This document shows positions 1 through 9,476 of a stretch of DNA of 27,783 nt, piece by piece. Position 1 is the first letter of the stretch, and each line of letters begins with the position of its first letter. The notes below the pieces were generated by a model that was given only the letters and a program-made list of their open reading frames with translations, was not told the DNA's origin and made no database searches. Source of the stretch: a bacterium (GTDB lineage: Bacteria; JAMORN01); NCBI GenBank assembly GCA_027063545.1, contig JAMORN010000180.1:1-27783 (forward strand), given 5' to 3'. The translations under genes and the position numbers were made by a program.

Positions 1-1
1 A

Positions 2-1213
<1,212 letters not shown>

Positions 1214-1231
1214 GATTAGGGGTAATATAAA

Positions 1232-1630
1232 ATGAAAATAGAGGTGATTACACCGGAAAAGAAAATTTTTGAAGAGGAAAATATAAAAAGGGTTATTCTT
1301 CCTTTAACAACAGGAGAAAAAGAGATATTACATTCCCATGTCTCTTATATTGCTCAACTTGGAGATGGTATAATAGAAGTAGAGAGGGATGATGAGACAA
1401 AATCTTATTTAACAGTTTTTGGCGGATTTGTTGAGGTTTTAAATGATAATGTTAAGATTGTTGCTTTTGTTTCAGAGAGAAAGGAAGATATAGATAAGAT
1501 GAGGGCATTAGAGGCAAAAGAAAGAGCTGAGAAAAGATTAAAAGAAGTTAAAGATAATATTGATATAGAAAGAGCAAAGAAGGCATTAAAAAGAGCAGAA
1601 ATAAGACTTAAGATTTTAGACTTAGAATAA
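1232..1630 (+). CDS. atpC: F1Fo ATP synthase subunit epsilon
   Basis: Follows atpD. N-terminal MKIEVITPEK...GEKEILHSH...GGFVEV beta-sandwich and C-terminal helical hairpin IDKMRA...ERAEKRL...KRAEIRL. Confidence 0.97.
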   Translation: MKIEVITPEKKIFEEENIKRVILPLTTGEKEILHSHVSYIAQLGDGIIEVERDDETKSYLTVFGGFVEVLNDNVKIVAFVSERKEDIDKMRALEAKERAEKRLKEVKDNIDIERAKKALKRAEIRLKILDLE

Positions 1631-1700
1631 GTGTTTTTTAGTTGTTATAGTTTATTAATAAATTAGTTTTTTAAGAAAATTATTAGGCGCTTTATATAAG

Positions 1701-1735
1701 AGGTAGAAGTTATTTTAACTTCTACCTTTTTTTTT
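1701..1735 (+). terminator. Intrinsic terminator of the atp operon
   Basis: Perfect 11-bp inverted repeat AGGTAGAAGTT (1701-1711) / AACTTCTACCT (1717-1727) followed by a T-run to 1735, about 70 nt after the atpC stop. Confidence 0.88.
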
Positions 1736-1739
1736 ATTT

Positions 1740-1801
1740 TTAAGTAACGAGCCCATAAAAGTGGCTCGCTGAAGAGGACCTAACCTGTTAGTGTCGCTTA
1801 A
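1740..1801 (+). ncRNA. GC-rich structured element resembling a type III hammerhead ribozyme (apparently degenerate)
   Basis: Hairpin CGAGCC/GGCTCG (1748-1753/1763-1768), then CTGAAGAG (1769-1776), then hairpin GAC-CTAA/TTAG-T-GTC (1777-1795), closed by TTAAG/CTTAA, with GTA at 1744-1746. The conserved GAAA is reduced to G. Confidence 0.3.
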
Positions 1802-3207
1802 TTTTTTAGATAATCTTTGTACTCCTTATAATAAAAATAAAACAAAGATAAAAGTATCAAAGCAGCATAAAAAAAGATATACTTTATCATAATTGAAAAC
1901 ATTAGGTTTTCAAGTAAGAATGATGGCACAAAGCCTATGGTTCCTAAAGCAAGGATTTTAAATTCTTTCTGTTTATAGGGAATTTTATAATAAACTTTTA
2001 ATGCCAAAACAAATGGCCTTATTAAAAAATAAAGCATAAAAGAGAGCCCTAAGATTCCAATTTTACCCATAATAGCAAGATAGGCAATATCAATCCAAGG
2101 AGACCAAGTAAATTCAAAAAGTCCAGGTCTAAATGCAAAAGGATGGGCTATTCCCATTCCTATAAGGAGTTTTTTCCCATAAAACATTATAGTATCATAT
2201 CCAACAATAATTCTTAAAAGAAAAGACCAATCTTTATAAAAATAAACAACCTTTTCGTAGAATCTCTTATATAGCATAGGGTTTAGTGTTATTATTTTAT
2301 ATAAAATTCCTGTAAATACTCCTGTAGCAATAGAGGCTTGAATTAATGTTTTTAAAGAAAATCTTTTCCACCACATAAATATTATAAAAAAAGAGATTAA
2401 AAGGCCAATAACAATAGTTCTTGTTAAAGTAATAAGCATAGCAATAATACTAACAAAGAATAAAATAGCAAGAAAAATCTTTATAGATTTTTTCTTTTCC
2501 AGAAGTAGCCAAGCAAATAGATAAGGCATAATCATAGAATAGATAAAAGCCTGTCTTGTATATATCCTTGGTCCTAGAGAATAAGCTTTCCTTAAATAAG
2601 CCTGAAATATTATAAGATCAAGAATAATTACAAATAAAATAGTACCATAAAATACTATCTTAGCCTCTTTTTCATTTTTAAAAGAATATGTCAGTAAAAT
2701 AGCAAAATTCCACATCATAAATAAGACAAATTCTGGTTTTAAATCATATCTATAAAGCCCACCTTTTAAAAATCCTAAAATTGAATAAAATATTATAAGA
2801 GAAGAATATAAAAAAACAACTATTAAATCCTTTTTCTCTACTTTTGTTAAAAACTTCGTTTTAATAAAAACAAATCCAAAAACAATAAAAATAAGAAGAT
2901 AAGCAAATGTAGTTGGCAAAGGAATATTTAAGGTAATAATCTGTGTTGGCGGAATTTCAAACATAGAAATAGAATATAAACTTAAAACTAAACCAACACC
3001 AAAATTATAAAACATAGAAAAAACAGAAAAAGCAAAAAGTTCAACAACAAGCGATTTTTTAAGCCCGTATTTATAAGTAAATAAGGTGATAAAAAAAGAA
3101 AATAATAAAAAAACAAAAAATAAGAAATCTTCCCGAGAAAGAGAAAATAACTTTTTTAACAGATTTTCAACAATAAGATTTGTTTTATAAATAATACGAT
3201 TAAGCAT
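1798..3207 (-). CDS. O-antigen ligase/polymerase (Wzy_C) family integral membrane protein
   Basis: Many hydrophobic segments; LITLTRTIVIG (cf. LLLTxSRG), R...LLIGMG, and DIAYLAIMGKIGILGL periplasmic-loop motif. Start overlaps the GT4 stop. Confidence 0.8.
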   Translation of the reverse strand: MLNRIIYKTNLIVENLLKKLFSLSREDFLFFVFLLFSFFITLFTYKYGLKKSLVVELFAFSVFSMFYNFGVGLVLSLYSISMFEIPPTQIITLNIPLPTTFAYLLIFIVFGFVFIKTKFLTKVEKKDLIVVFLYSSLIIFYSILGFLKGGLYRYDLKPEFVLFMMWNFAILLTYSFKNEKEAKIVFYGTILFVIILDLIIFQAYLRKAYSLGPRIYTRQAFIYSMIMPYLFAWLLLEKKKSIKIFLAILFFVSIIAMLITLTRTIVIGLLISFFIIFMWWKRFSLKTLIQASIATGVFTGILYKIITLNPMLYKRFYEKVVYFYKDWSFLLRIIVGYDTIMFYGKKLLIGMGIAHPFAFRPGLFEFTWSPWIDIAYLAIMGKIGILGLSFMLYFLIRPFVLALKVYYKIPYKQKEFKILALGTIGFVPSFLLENLMFSIMIKYIFFYAALILLSLFYFYYKEYKDYLKN

Positions 3208-4390
3208 TGTTATAATACTTTTTATATAAATCTAAATATAATCCTTCATACTTTTCAATAAATTTTTTAAAATTAAAATCTTGTTCTACAATCAACCTTC
3301 CTTTTTTTGTAAGTTTTTCATATTCCTGTTGAGATATTGTTAATATATATTTTAATTTTTTATATAAGTCGTTTATATCACCTTTTTTTACTAAAAATCC
3401 ATTCTCTCCATCTCTTATTATCTCTTTAACACCTGCAATATCACTTGCCACAGAAGGAAGTCCAAAATAGGATGATTCTATTAATACCCTTGGGAGCCCT
3501 TCTCCTAATACACTTGGCAACACATTAACATAAGCAATTTTATAAAACTTTTCTACCTCTTTAGTAAATCCTGTAATAGTAATCCTATTCTCAAGAGAAT
3601 ATTCTTTTATTAGAGATTTTAACCTTTCTGATTCTGGTGTTTCTTTTACGCCTCCACCCACATATATTAAATGAATATCATCAAACTCTTTAGATAATCT
3701 TTTATATGCTTCTAAAAGACTAAAAATTCCCTTTATCCAAGATAAAGTACCTACATATATTATATATCTTTTGTCTAAAGGAATATTGTATTTTTTTAAA
3801 AACTCTATTTTTTCCTCTTTTTTTAAAGGAGAGGTATCAAATTTTGAAAGATCAACAGCATTTCTTATAAAGGTAATATTTTTTGCTTTGGTTCTTTCTT
3901 GAAAGACCTTTGCTCCTGTTTCTGAATTGAAAATAATTAGAGTGGCATTTTTATAGATTCTTCTATCAACAAAAATATTTAAATTAAATCTTTTTTTATA
4001 ATAAACATTTCTTACAGTAACAATATTAGGATATCCAGCCTGTCTTGCTGCCTTTGCACTATATCTTGCTGCTAAAAGATGATTGGCATGAACAATATGG
4101 GGATCAATTTTTTTAATTAGTTTTTTTAATCTATAAACACCCAAAGGATGATATATGGGAACAAATGTCCGAGTTATTTTTCCTATAAAAGGAATATTAT
4201 CAAACTCTAGGATTTCTATATTTATATCCGGAATTTTTGAGACTTCATTATATAAAGGAGTGTCTTCTTTTGGAAGAATTATAGTGATTTCAAACTTATC
4301 TTTATCAATATTTTTTAAAAGATCAAGAAGACCTTGCTGACCACCTCCGATATGATAATAAGTTTCTACATATAACACTTTTATTTTCAT
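3200..4390 (-). CDS. Glycosyltransferase family 4 (GT-B)
   Basis: GGGQQ N-terminal motif, PHIVHANH, YVGTL, VLPSVLGEGLPRVLIES...SDIAGVKEIIRDGENG (E-x7-E-like). Start moved to ATG at 4390 (MKIKVLYV) rather than the track's 4426. Confidence 0.93.
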   Translation of the reverse strand: MKIKVLYVETYYHIGGGQQGLLDLLKNIDKDKFEITIILPKEDTPLYNEVSKIPDINIEILEFDNIPFIGKITRTFVPIYHPLGVYRLKKLIKKIDPHIVHANHLLAARYSAKAARQAGYPNIVTVRNVYYKKRFNLNIFVDRRIYKNATLIIFNSETGAKVFQERTKAKNITFIRNAVDLSKFDTSPLKKEEKIEFLKKYNIPLDKRYIIYVGTLSWIKGIFSLLEAYKRLSKEFDDIHLIYVGGGVKETPESERLKSLIKEYSLENRITITGFTKEVEKFYKIAYVNVLPSVLGEGLPRVLIESSYFGLPSVASDIAGVKEIIRDGENGFLVKKGDINDLYKKLKYILTISQQEYEKLTKKGRLIVEQDFNFKKFIEKYEGLYLDLYKKYYNNA

Positions 4391-4443
4391 GAGATTAAAG
4401 ATAAAAAAAATTATATTATTTGTCAAAAGGATAAGAGGTTAAG

Positions 4444-5688
4444 ATGCTTAAAAAACTTTCATTCTCATTTTTAGATAGTATCGCAGTTTTTTTGGGAACA
4501 TTTATTTTTAGAATACTTATTATAAGAAACTTTTCTCCAAGTGAATATGGAGTTTTTGTCATTATATGGGCTATTTTTGATTTTTTTAATGTTTTGGTTT
4601 ATGGATTTAGCGATAGAGGAGCAATGCGTCTTTTTGTTAGAAATAAAAGAATTGAAATATTAAGTTTTCTCTTTATTTATAGATTAACCCTATTTTTTAT
4701 TATCTTTCTAATAAACTCTATTTTTGGCGAAAAAATCTTATCAATTTTTAATGGAAACTTTAAGAAAGACTATCTTATAATTTTCTCTTTTGTATATCTA
4801 ACCGGCTTTTTTAGAGTTTTATCCAGATCCCTATTTGAAAACTTAATAAAATTTAAAATTTTATTTTTTCATAACTTATTTTACTACATAATCCTTAATA
4901 CCCTAATATTTTTCCAAATAATTAACAATAGTCTAACTGTTTATAACCTGTTGAAAACTATTTTAATAGCAGAGGTAATAGGTTCAATAGAGGGGTTATT
5001 TTTGATGTTTATATTTTTAAACAGGGATATAAAGTTATCATTTAATATGAAGAGGTTTTTATTTTATTCTAAAGAGATAGTAAATTATGGAAGGTATTCA
5101 ATGGGAATTGGTTTTTCTATGATGTTTTATACCCAGATAGACAGTTTAGTAATTGGTAGTTTTTTAACAACAAGAGAGGTGGGAATTTATGATGTAGGAA
5201 AAAAACTTCTTCCAATAGCACGGCTTTTTTCAAATAGTTTATCTAAATATTTATTTCCTGTGGTTGCAAAAGAGCGGGATTTAAAAAAGGTTAGGGATTT
5301 CTATTTTAAAATGTTAAAGTTGGGAGTTGGATTGGGAAGTATTCTTGCACTTTTTAATTTTATTTTTTCTAAGTATATAGTATTAACCTTATTTGGTAAT
5401 GATTACATATCAGCTATAGGAATTGTAAAATTTTTCTCTCTTTATTTTATACTTCATCCAATAATAAACCTTTCAGGCAATACCCTGGGAGGATTAAACT
5501 ATCCAAAATACGATTTTTATAACCTTTTAATAACAATGAGTGTTAATTTTATTTTAGATATTACTTTAATAAAATATTTTGGATTATGGGGTGTTGCTTT
5601 TGCTACATTATTTAGTGTATTTTTAGGTGGTATGCTTAATTTTTATAGAGTAAATCAGATAACAACAAGGAGAATAAAACTTGGCTAA
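4444..5688 (+). CDS. Oligosaccharide flippase (Wzx/RfbX, MOP superfamily)
   Basis: About 12 hydrophobic segments; R..SPSEYGVF, YTQIDSLVIGSFL...EVGIY, LIKYFGLWGVAFAT motifs; SD-like AAGAGG at 4433-4438. Confidence 0.88.
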   Translation: MLKKLSFSFLDSIAVFLGTFIFRILIIRNFSPSEYGVFVIIWAIFDFFNVLVYGFSDRGAMRLFVRNKRIEILSFLFIYRLTLFFIIFLINSIFGEKILSIFNGNFKKDYLIIFSFVYLTGFFRVLSRSLFENLIKFKILFFHNLFYYIILNTLIFFQIINNSLTVYNLLKTILIAEVIGSIEGLFLMFIFLNRDIKLSFNMKRFLFYSKEIVNYGRYSMGIGFSMMFYTQIDSLVIGSFLTTREVGIYDVGKKLLPIARLFSNSLSKYLFPVVAKERDLKKVRDFYFKMLKLGVGLGSILALFNFIFSKYIVLTLFGNDYISAIGIVKFFSLYFILHPIINLSGNTLGGLNYPKYDFYNLLITMSVNFILDITLIKYFGLWGVAFATLFSVFLGGMLNFYRVNQITTRRIKLG

Positions 5689-6862
5689 AAATAGGATTAA
5701 AAGGCTAAAACTAAAAACAGAAAAGAAAAACTTTCATCCTTGGATATACTCTAAGATGATAACCCACCCAAATCCTAAACCAAAAAAGGAAGAGATTGTT
5801 GAGGTTGTTGATAAAAATTCTAAATTTGTAGGTTGGGGATTCTATCACCCAAAAAACACTATTAGCGTCAGAATTATTTCAAGAAAAAAAGAAAAAAAGA
5901 TAGATAAAAATCTAATCTATGAAAAAATAAAAAGGGCAAAAGAACTTAGAGAAACATTAAATATAAATGCAAATAGTTATAGACTATTCTACTCTGAAAG
6001 TGATGGAATTAGTGGGCTTATTATAGATAAATTTGATAAGCTTTTAGTTATAGAACCATATAGTGCTGGAATATTAACAATTTATGAACATATTATCTGG
6101 TCTTTGAAAAAACTTTTTAAAGGTTATAGGATTGCTTTTAAGATTGATGAAAGGGTTGAAAAAAAGGAAGGCGTTGATTTTAGCTTTTTAGAGAAGGAAT
6201 ACCCATTGCCAGAGAGTGTTGTAATAGAGGAAAATGGAGTAAAATATAAAGTTTTATTTGAGAAAAGTCATAAAACAGGTTTTTTCTTTGACCAAAGAGA
6301 GAATAGAGAATTTTTTGGAAAATTAAGTAAAGGAAAAATAGTTTTTGATATTTTTTCATATACAGGTGGTTTTGGGCTTAATGCTTTGAAAAATGGAGCA
6401 GAGTTTGTATTTTTTGTTGATTTAGATGAGAAAGTTTTAGAGGTATTGGAGGAAAATTTAAGATTAAACAATATTTCTGAAGATAGATATAAAATTGAAC
6501 ATAAAGATGCTTTTGATTTTTTAAGGGAAATAGATTTAAATCCTGATTTAATTTCTGTTGATCCTTCTAAGTTTTTATCAGTAAAGGAAGAGTATTCGGT
6601 TGCTTTAAGAAAATACGGAGATATAAATAGACTTGCAATAAGAAAGGTTAAAAATGGAGGAATTATAGCAACTTTTTCTTGTTCTGGAATGCTAAGTATG
6701 GATAAGTTTTTATCTGTGGTAAGAAACTCTGCAAAAGAAGAGAAAAGGTTTTTACAGATAATAAAATCAACCTCAGCAGGTGGAGATCATCCAGTTTTGG
6801 ATATTTTTCCAGAGAGTTTTTATTTAAAAGGGATTTTTGCAAGGGTTTTAGATGATATTTAA
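5681..6862 (+). CDS. rlmI: Class I SAM-dependent rRNA methyltransferase, RlmI-like (23S m5C1962 family)
   Basis: PUA-like HPWIYS, SESDGISGLIIDKF, KTGFFFDQRENR, FSYTGGFGL, VDPSKF, TFSCS, DHP..YLK. TTG start overlaps the flippase stop. Confidence 0.88.
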   Translation: MAKNRIKRLKLKTEKKNFHPWIYSKMITHPNPKPKKEEIVEVVDKNSKFVGWGFYHPKNTISVRIISRKKEKKIDKNLIYEKIKRAKELRETLNINANSYRLFYSESDGISGLIIDKFDKLLVIEPYSAGILTIYEHIIWSLKKLFKGYRIAFKIDERVEKKEGVDFSFLEKEYPLPESVVIEENGVKYKVLFEKSHKTGFFFDQRENREFFGKLSKGKIVFDIFSYTGGFGLNALKNGAEFVFFVDLDEKVLEVLEENLRLNNISEDRYKIEHKDAFDFLREIDLNPDLISVDPSKFLSVKEEYSVALRKYGDINRLAIRKVKNGGIIATFSCSGMLSMDKFLSVVRNSAKEEKRFLQIIKSTSAGGDHPVLDIFPESFYLKGIFARVLDDI

Positions 6863-6897
6863 ATTTAAAGATAATAAAATAAATAAGGAGATGAAAA

Positions 6898-7305
6898 ATG
6901 ATAAAGGTGATTTTAGAGGGAGAAGGATATAAAAATGATAAAAGGATTCTACTTGATGCTTTTGAATTGAGAAGAATAAAGGTGTTTTTAGATGATAAAA
7001 AGATTTTTGAAAAAGAATTGAATATAAAAAAAGAGATTATTGATGGGGAGGAGATAGAAGAACCTGAAATTTCGGTATTTATACCAGAGGATGATAATAT
7101 AGAGATGGAAGATTTAAATTTGCATGACTTTTCCAAAGAATCCATAGAAAAAGAATTTATTTTTGAAGATTTAGATAGTTTTGATTTTAATAAACTTTTA
7201 ATTTATCCTATATATGTAAATTTTAAGGATAATAGTTTTATTCTATTTGATAAACTTTTATATGAGATAGAAGAGGATAACTATATAGAAAGTAATAACG
7301 TTTAA
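6898..7305 (+). CDS. Hypothetical, strongly acidic protein
   Basis: 135-aa ORF with SD AAGGAG at 6885-6890, 7 nt before the ATG; fills the gap between co-oriented genes. No family recognised. Confidence 0.75.
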   Translation: MIKVILEGEGYKNDKRILLDAFELRRIKVFLDDKKIFEKELNIKKEIIDGEEIEEPEISVFIPEDDNIEMEDLNLHDFSKESIEKEFIFEDLDSFDFNKLLIYPIYVNFKDNSFILFDKLLYEIEEDNYIESNNV

Positions 7306-7316
7306 AGAATTCTATT

Positions 7317-8078
7317 ATGCTTCAACCTAAAAATGTAGATATTTATTATTTTTCTGGAACTGGTAATACTAAATTAGTAGTAGATAAAATAAAGGAAGTT
7401 TTAAAAAGTCAAGGATACAATGTTTCTCTTTATAAAATAGAAAAAGTAAATCCAACAGAAATTAATTTAGAAAATAAAGTTTTAGGTTTTGCATTTCCTG
7501 TTGCTCTTCAGGGTACTTATCCTTTTATATGGCATTTTTTTGAAAAATTACCATCAGGAAATGGAAATCTTGTTTTTTTAGTTGATACTTTAGCTGCGTA
7601 TTCTGGAGGAATTTTAGGGCCAGTAAAAAGAATATTAAGAAAAAAGGGTTATAACCCTTTAATTGCAAAAGAGATAAGAATGCCTTCAAATCTATCAGGA
7701 TCATTAGATCAAAAGAAAATAGAAAAAGGGCTAAAACAAGCAGAAAACTTTGCTTTAGATTTAATAGAACTAAAAGGTAGTTGGTATGATATACCAATTT
7801 ATTCAGATTTTTTATCTATTTTCTCGCGGAAAGAATTTTTTTGGAATTTTTTTAGAAGGATATTTCATTTAACTATAGACAAACAGAAATGCAAAAAGTG
7901 TAATATATGTGTGAATATTTGTCCTGTTGGAAATATAGAAATAAAAGAATATCCAGAACATAAAGATCATTGTGTTTTTTGTTTGAGGTGTATATCTTTT
8001 TGCCCTCAAGATGCTATTTATTTTAAAGAAAAGAAAAATTTTAAAAAATATAAATCTATAGAGTTAACTAAATTATAA
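7317..8078 (+). CDS. EFR1-type flavodoxin-like / 2x[4Fe-4S] ferredoxin fusion
   Basis: YYFSGTGNT flavodoxin loop, GFAFPV, and two CxxCxxCxxxCP motifs (CKKCNICVNICP, CVFCLRCISFCP). Confidence 0.9.
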   Translation: MLQPKNVDIYYFSGTGNTKLVVDKIKEVLKSQGYNVSLYKIEKVNPTEINLENKVLGFAFPVALQGTYPFIWHFFEKLPSGNGNLVFLVDTLAAYSGGILGPVKRILRKKGYNPLIAKEIRMPSNLSGSLDQKKIEKGLKQAENFALDLIELKGSWYDIPIYSDFLSIFSRKEFFWNFFRRIFHLTIDKQKCKKCNICVNICPVGNIEIKEYPEHKDHCVFCLRCISFCPQDAIYFKEKKNFKKYKSIELTKL

Positions 8079-8089
8079 GGAGATTTTAA

Positions 8090-9418
8090 ATGAACATATT
8101 ACTTTGTTATGGAAAGCATCCATTTACAACAGGAGAATTTATAGAGAAATCATTAAGAAAATATTTTAATGTTTTTTCATGTGGAACAGTTTTAAACGGA
8201 GCAAAGCATGATCTTACTATAACAGATCCTTATATAGATATATATTCCCTAATAAAGTCATTAGATTTTAAACCAGATTTAGTATTTTTTATTGAAAGTG
8301 GTGTTGAGTTTTTCCCTATAAACATAGATAAGATAAAAGTACCAACTATTTATTACTCAATAGATGCTCATTTTAATTATAACTGGCAAAAAAATTATTT
8401 TTATCTTTTTGATTATGCCTTTATAACATTTAGGCAATTTATAGATAGAGTTTCAGAGTTTATTGATTATACACCAATTTATCTTCCTCATGGATATGAT
8501 AGTAGTATTTATTTTTACAAAAATGAGAAAAAGGATATAAATATTTCATTTGTAGGTGATTTATCAAGAAAAAATAGGCTAAAATTAATAAATAAATTAA
8601 AAAAATATGATATAAAAATATATACAAATATCTGGGGCGAAGAAGTTAGGAAGATCTATTCAAGATCAAAACTTGTTTTAAATGATAATACATTTGGAGT
8701 TTTAAATCCTAGAAATTTTGAGGCTTCTAGCTGTAGAAGTGTTGTTTTAGCAAATCCTGCCGTTGATTTGGAGAACTTTTTCAAGGATAATGAGAGTATA
8801 ATTATCTATAATAGTATTGAAGAATTAGATAAAAAAGTAGATTTTCTATTAAAAAACAGCGAATTACTAGATAAAATAGCGAAAAAAGCACAAGAGGTCG
8901 CTTTTTTAAATACTTGGGATAAAAGAATAGAGTCTGTTAGAGATAAGTTTTTTAGTTTTAAAGAGAAAAGAGAAAAATCTTTTGCTAAGTTAAGTTATGC
9001 TTTAATGTTTTTAAAGAGAGGTATTTATTCAAAAAGTTATGAGTTTCTTCAGGTTCTATTAAAAGAGAATCCTAATAATTTCATAGTTCTTATTAGTTTA
9101 GCAAAACTTTATTTAAATATAGGAGATTATAAAAATGCAGAGATTTATCTTGAAAAAGCAAAATCATTAAATAGTGAGCATTTTAATGTTTTATTTTTAG
9201 ATGCACTTTTAACTTTAAATAAGGATATAAATAAAGGGATTGATAAACTCTTAAAAATAAATGATAAATATAAAGATTATGATGTAAAATATATATTAAG
9301 TTTATTTTTCTTGAACAGTCAAAAGAATTTATCAATAAAACTTCTTAAAGAAGCTATAGAAATAGATCCATATAGATTTGAAGCAAGAGATAAATTAGAT
9401 GAGATTTTAACAACTTGA
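8090..9418 (+). CDS. CgeB-like glycosyltransferase (Glyco_trans_1_2) with C-terminal TPR-like repeats
   Basis: YYSIDAH, YLPHGYD, ISFVG, IYSRSKLVLN, NPRNFEA, NTWDKR motifs; C-terminal helical repeats (ENPNNFIVLISLAKLYLNIGDYKNAEIYLEKA; KEAIEIDP). SD AAGGAG. Confidence 0.82.
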   Translation: MNILLCYGKHPFTTGEFIEKSLRKYFNVFSCGTVLNGAKHDLTITDPYIDIYSLIKSLDFKPDLVFFIESGVEFFPINIDKIKVPTIYYSIDAHFNYNWQKNYFYLFDYAFITFRQFIDRVSEFIDYTPIYLPHGYDSSIYFYKNEKKDINISFVGDLSRKNRLKLINKLKKYDIKIYTNIWGEEVRKIYSRSKLVLNDNTFGVLNPRNFEASSCRSVVLANPAVDLENFFKDNESIIIYNSIEELDKKVDFLLKNSELLDKIAKKAQEVAFLNTWDKRIESVRDKFFSFKEKREKSFAKLSYALMFLKRGIYSKSYEFLQVLLKENPNNFIVLISLAKLYLNIGDYKNAEIYLEKAKSLNSEHFNVLFLDALLTLNKDINKGIDKLLKINDKYKDYDVKYILSLFFLNSQKNLSIKLLKEAIEIDPYRFEARDKLDEILTT

Positions 9419-9476
9419 AAACAATAGAATTAGATGTAAAAAAAATATATTTTTTTGAAAAATTAAAAGACTTTTT

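Noticed and set aside
1742-1792. attC-like reading of the GC-rich element (TAAC...GTTA boxes after a stop codon)
   Set aside because: It is not one long imperfect palindrome, the R boxes do not pair properly, it is shorter than typical attC sites, and there is no integrase or second copy in the window.
1748-1797. TPP riboswitch or twister ribozyme reading of the same element (CTGA..GACC..AACCTG; GCCC.ATAAAAGTGG)
   Set aside because: Only short word matches; the TPP P4/P5 and GCG-AGG elements and the twister P4/pseudoknot elements are absent, and it is not upstream of a gene.
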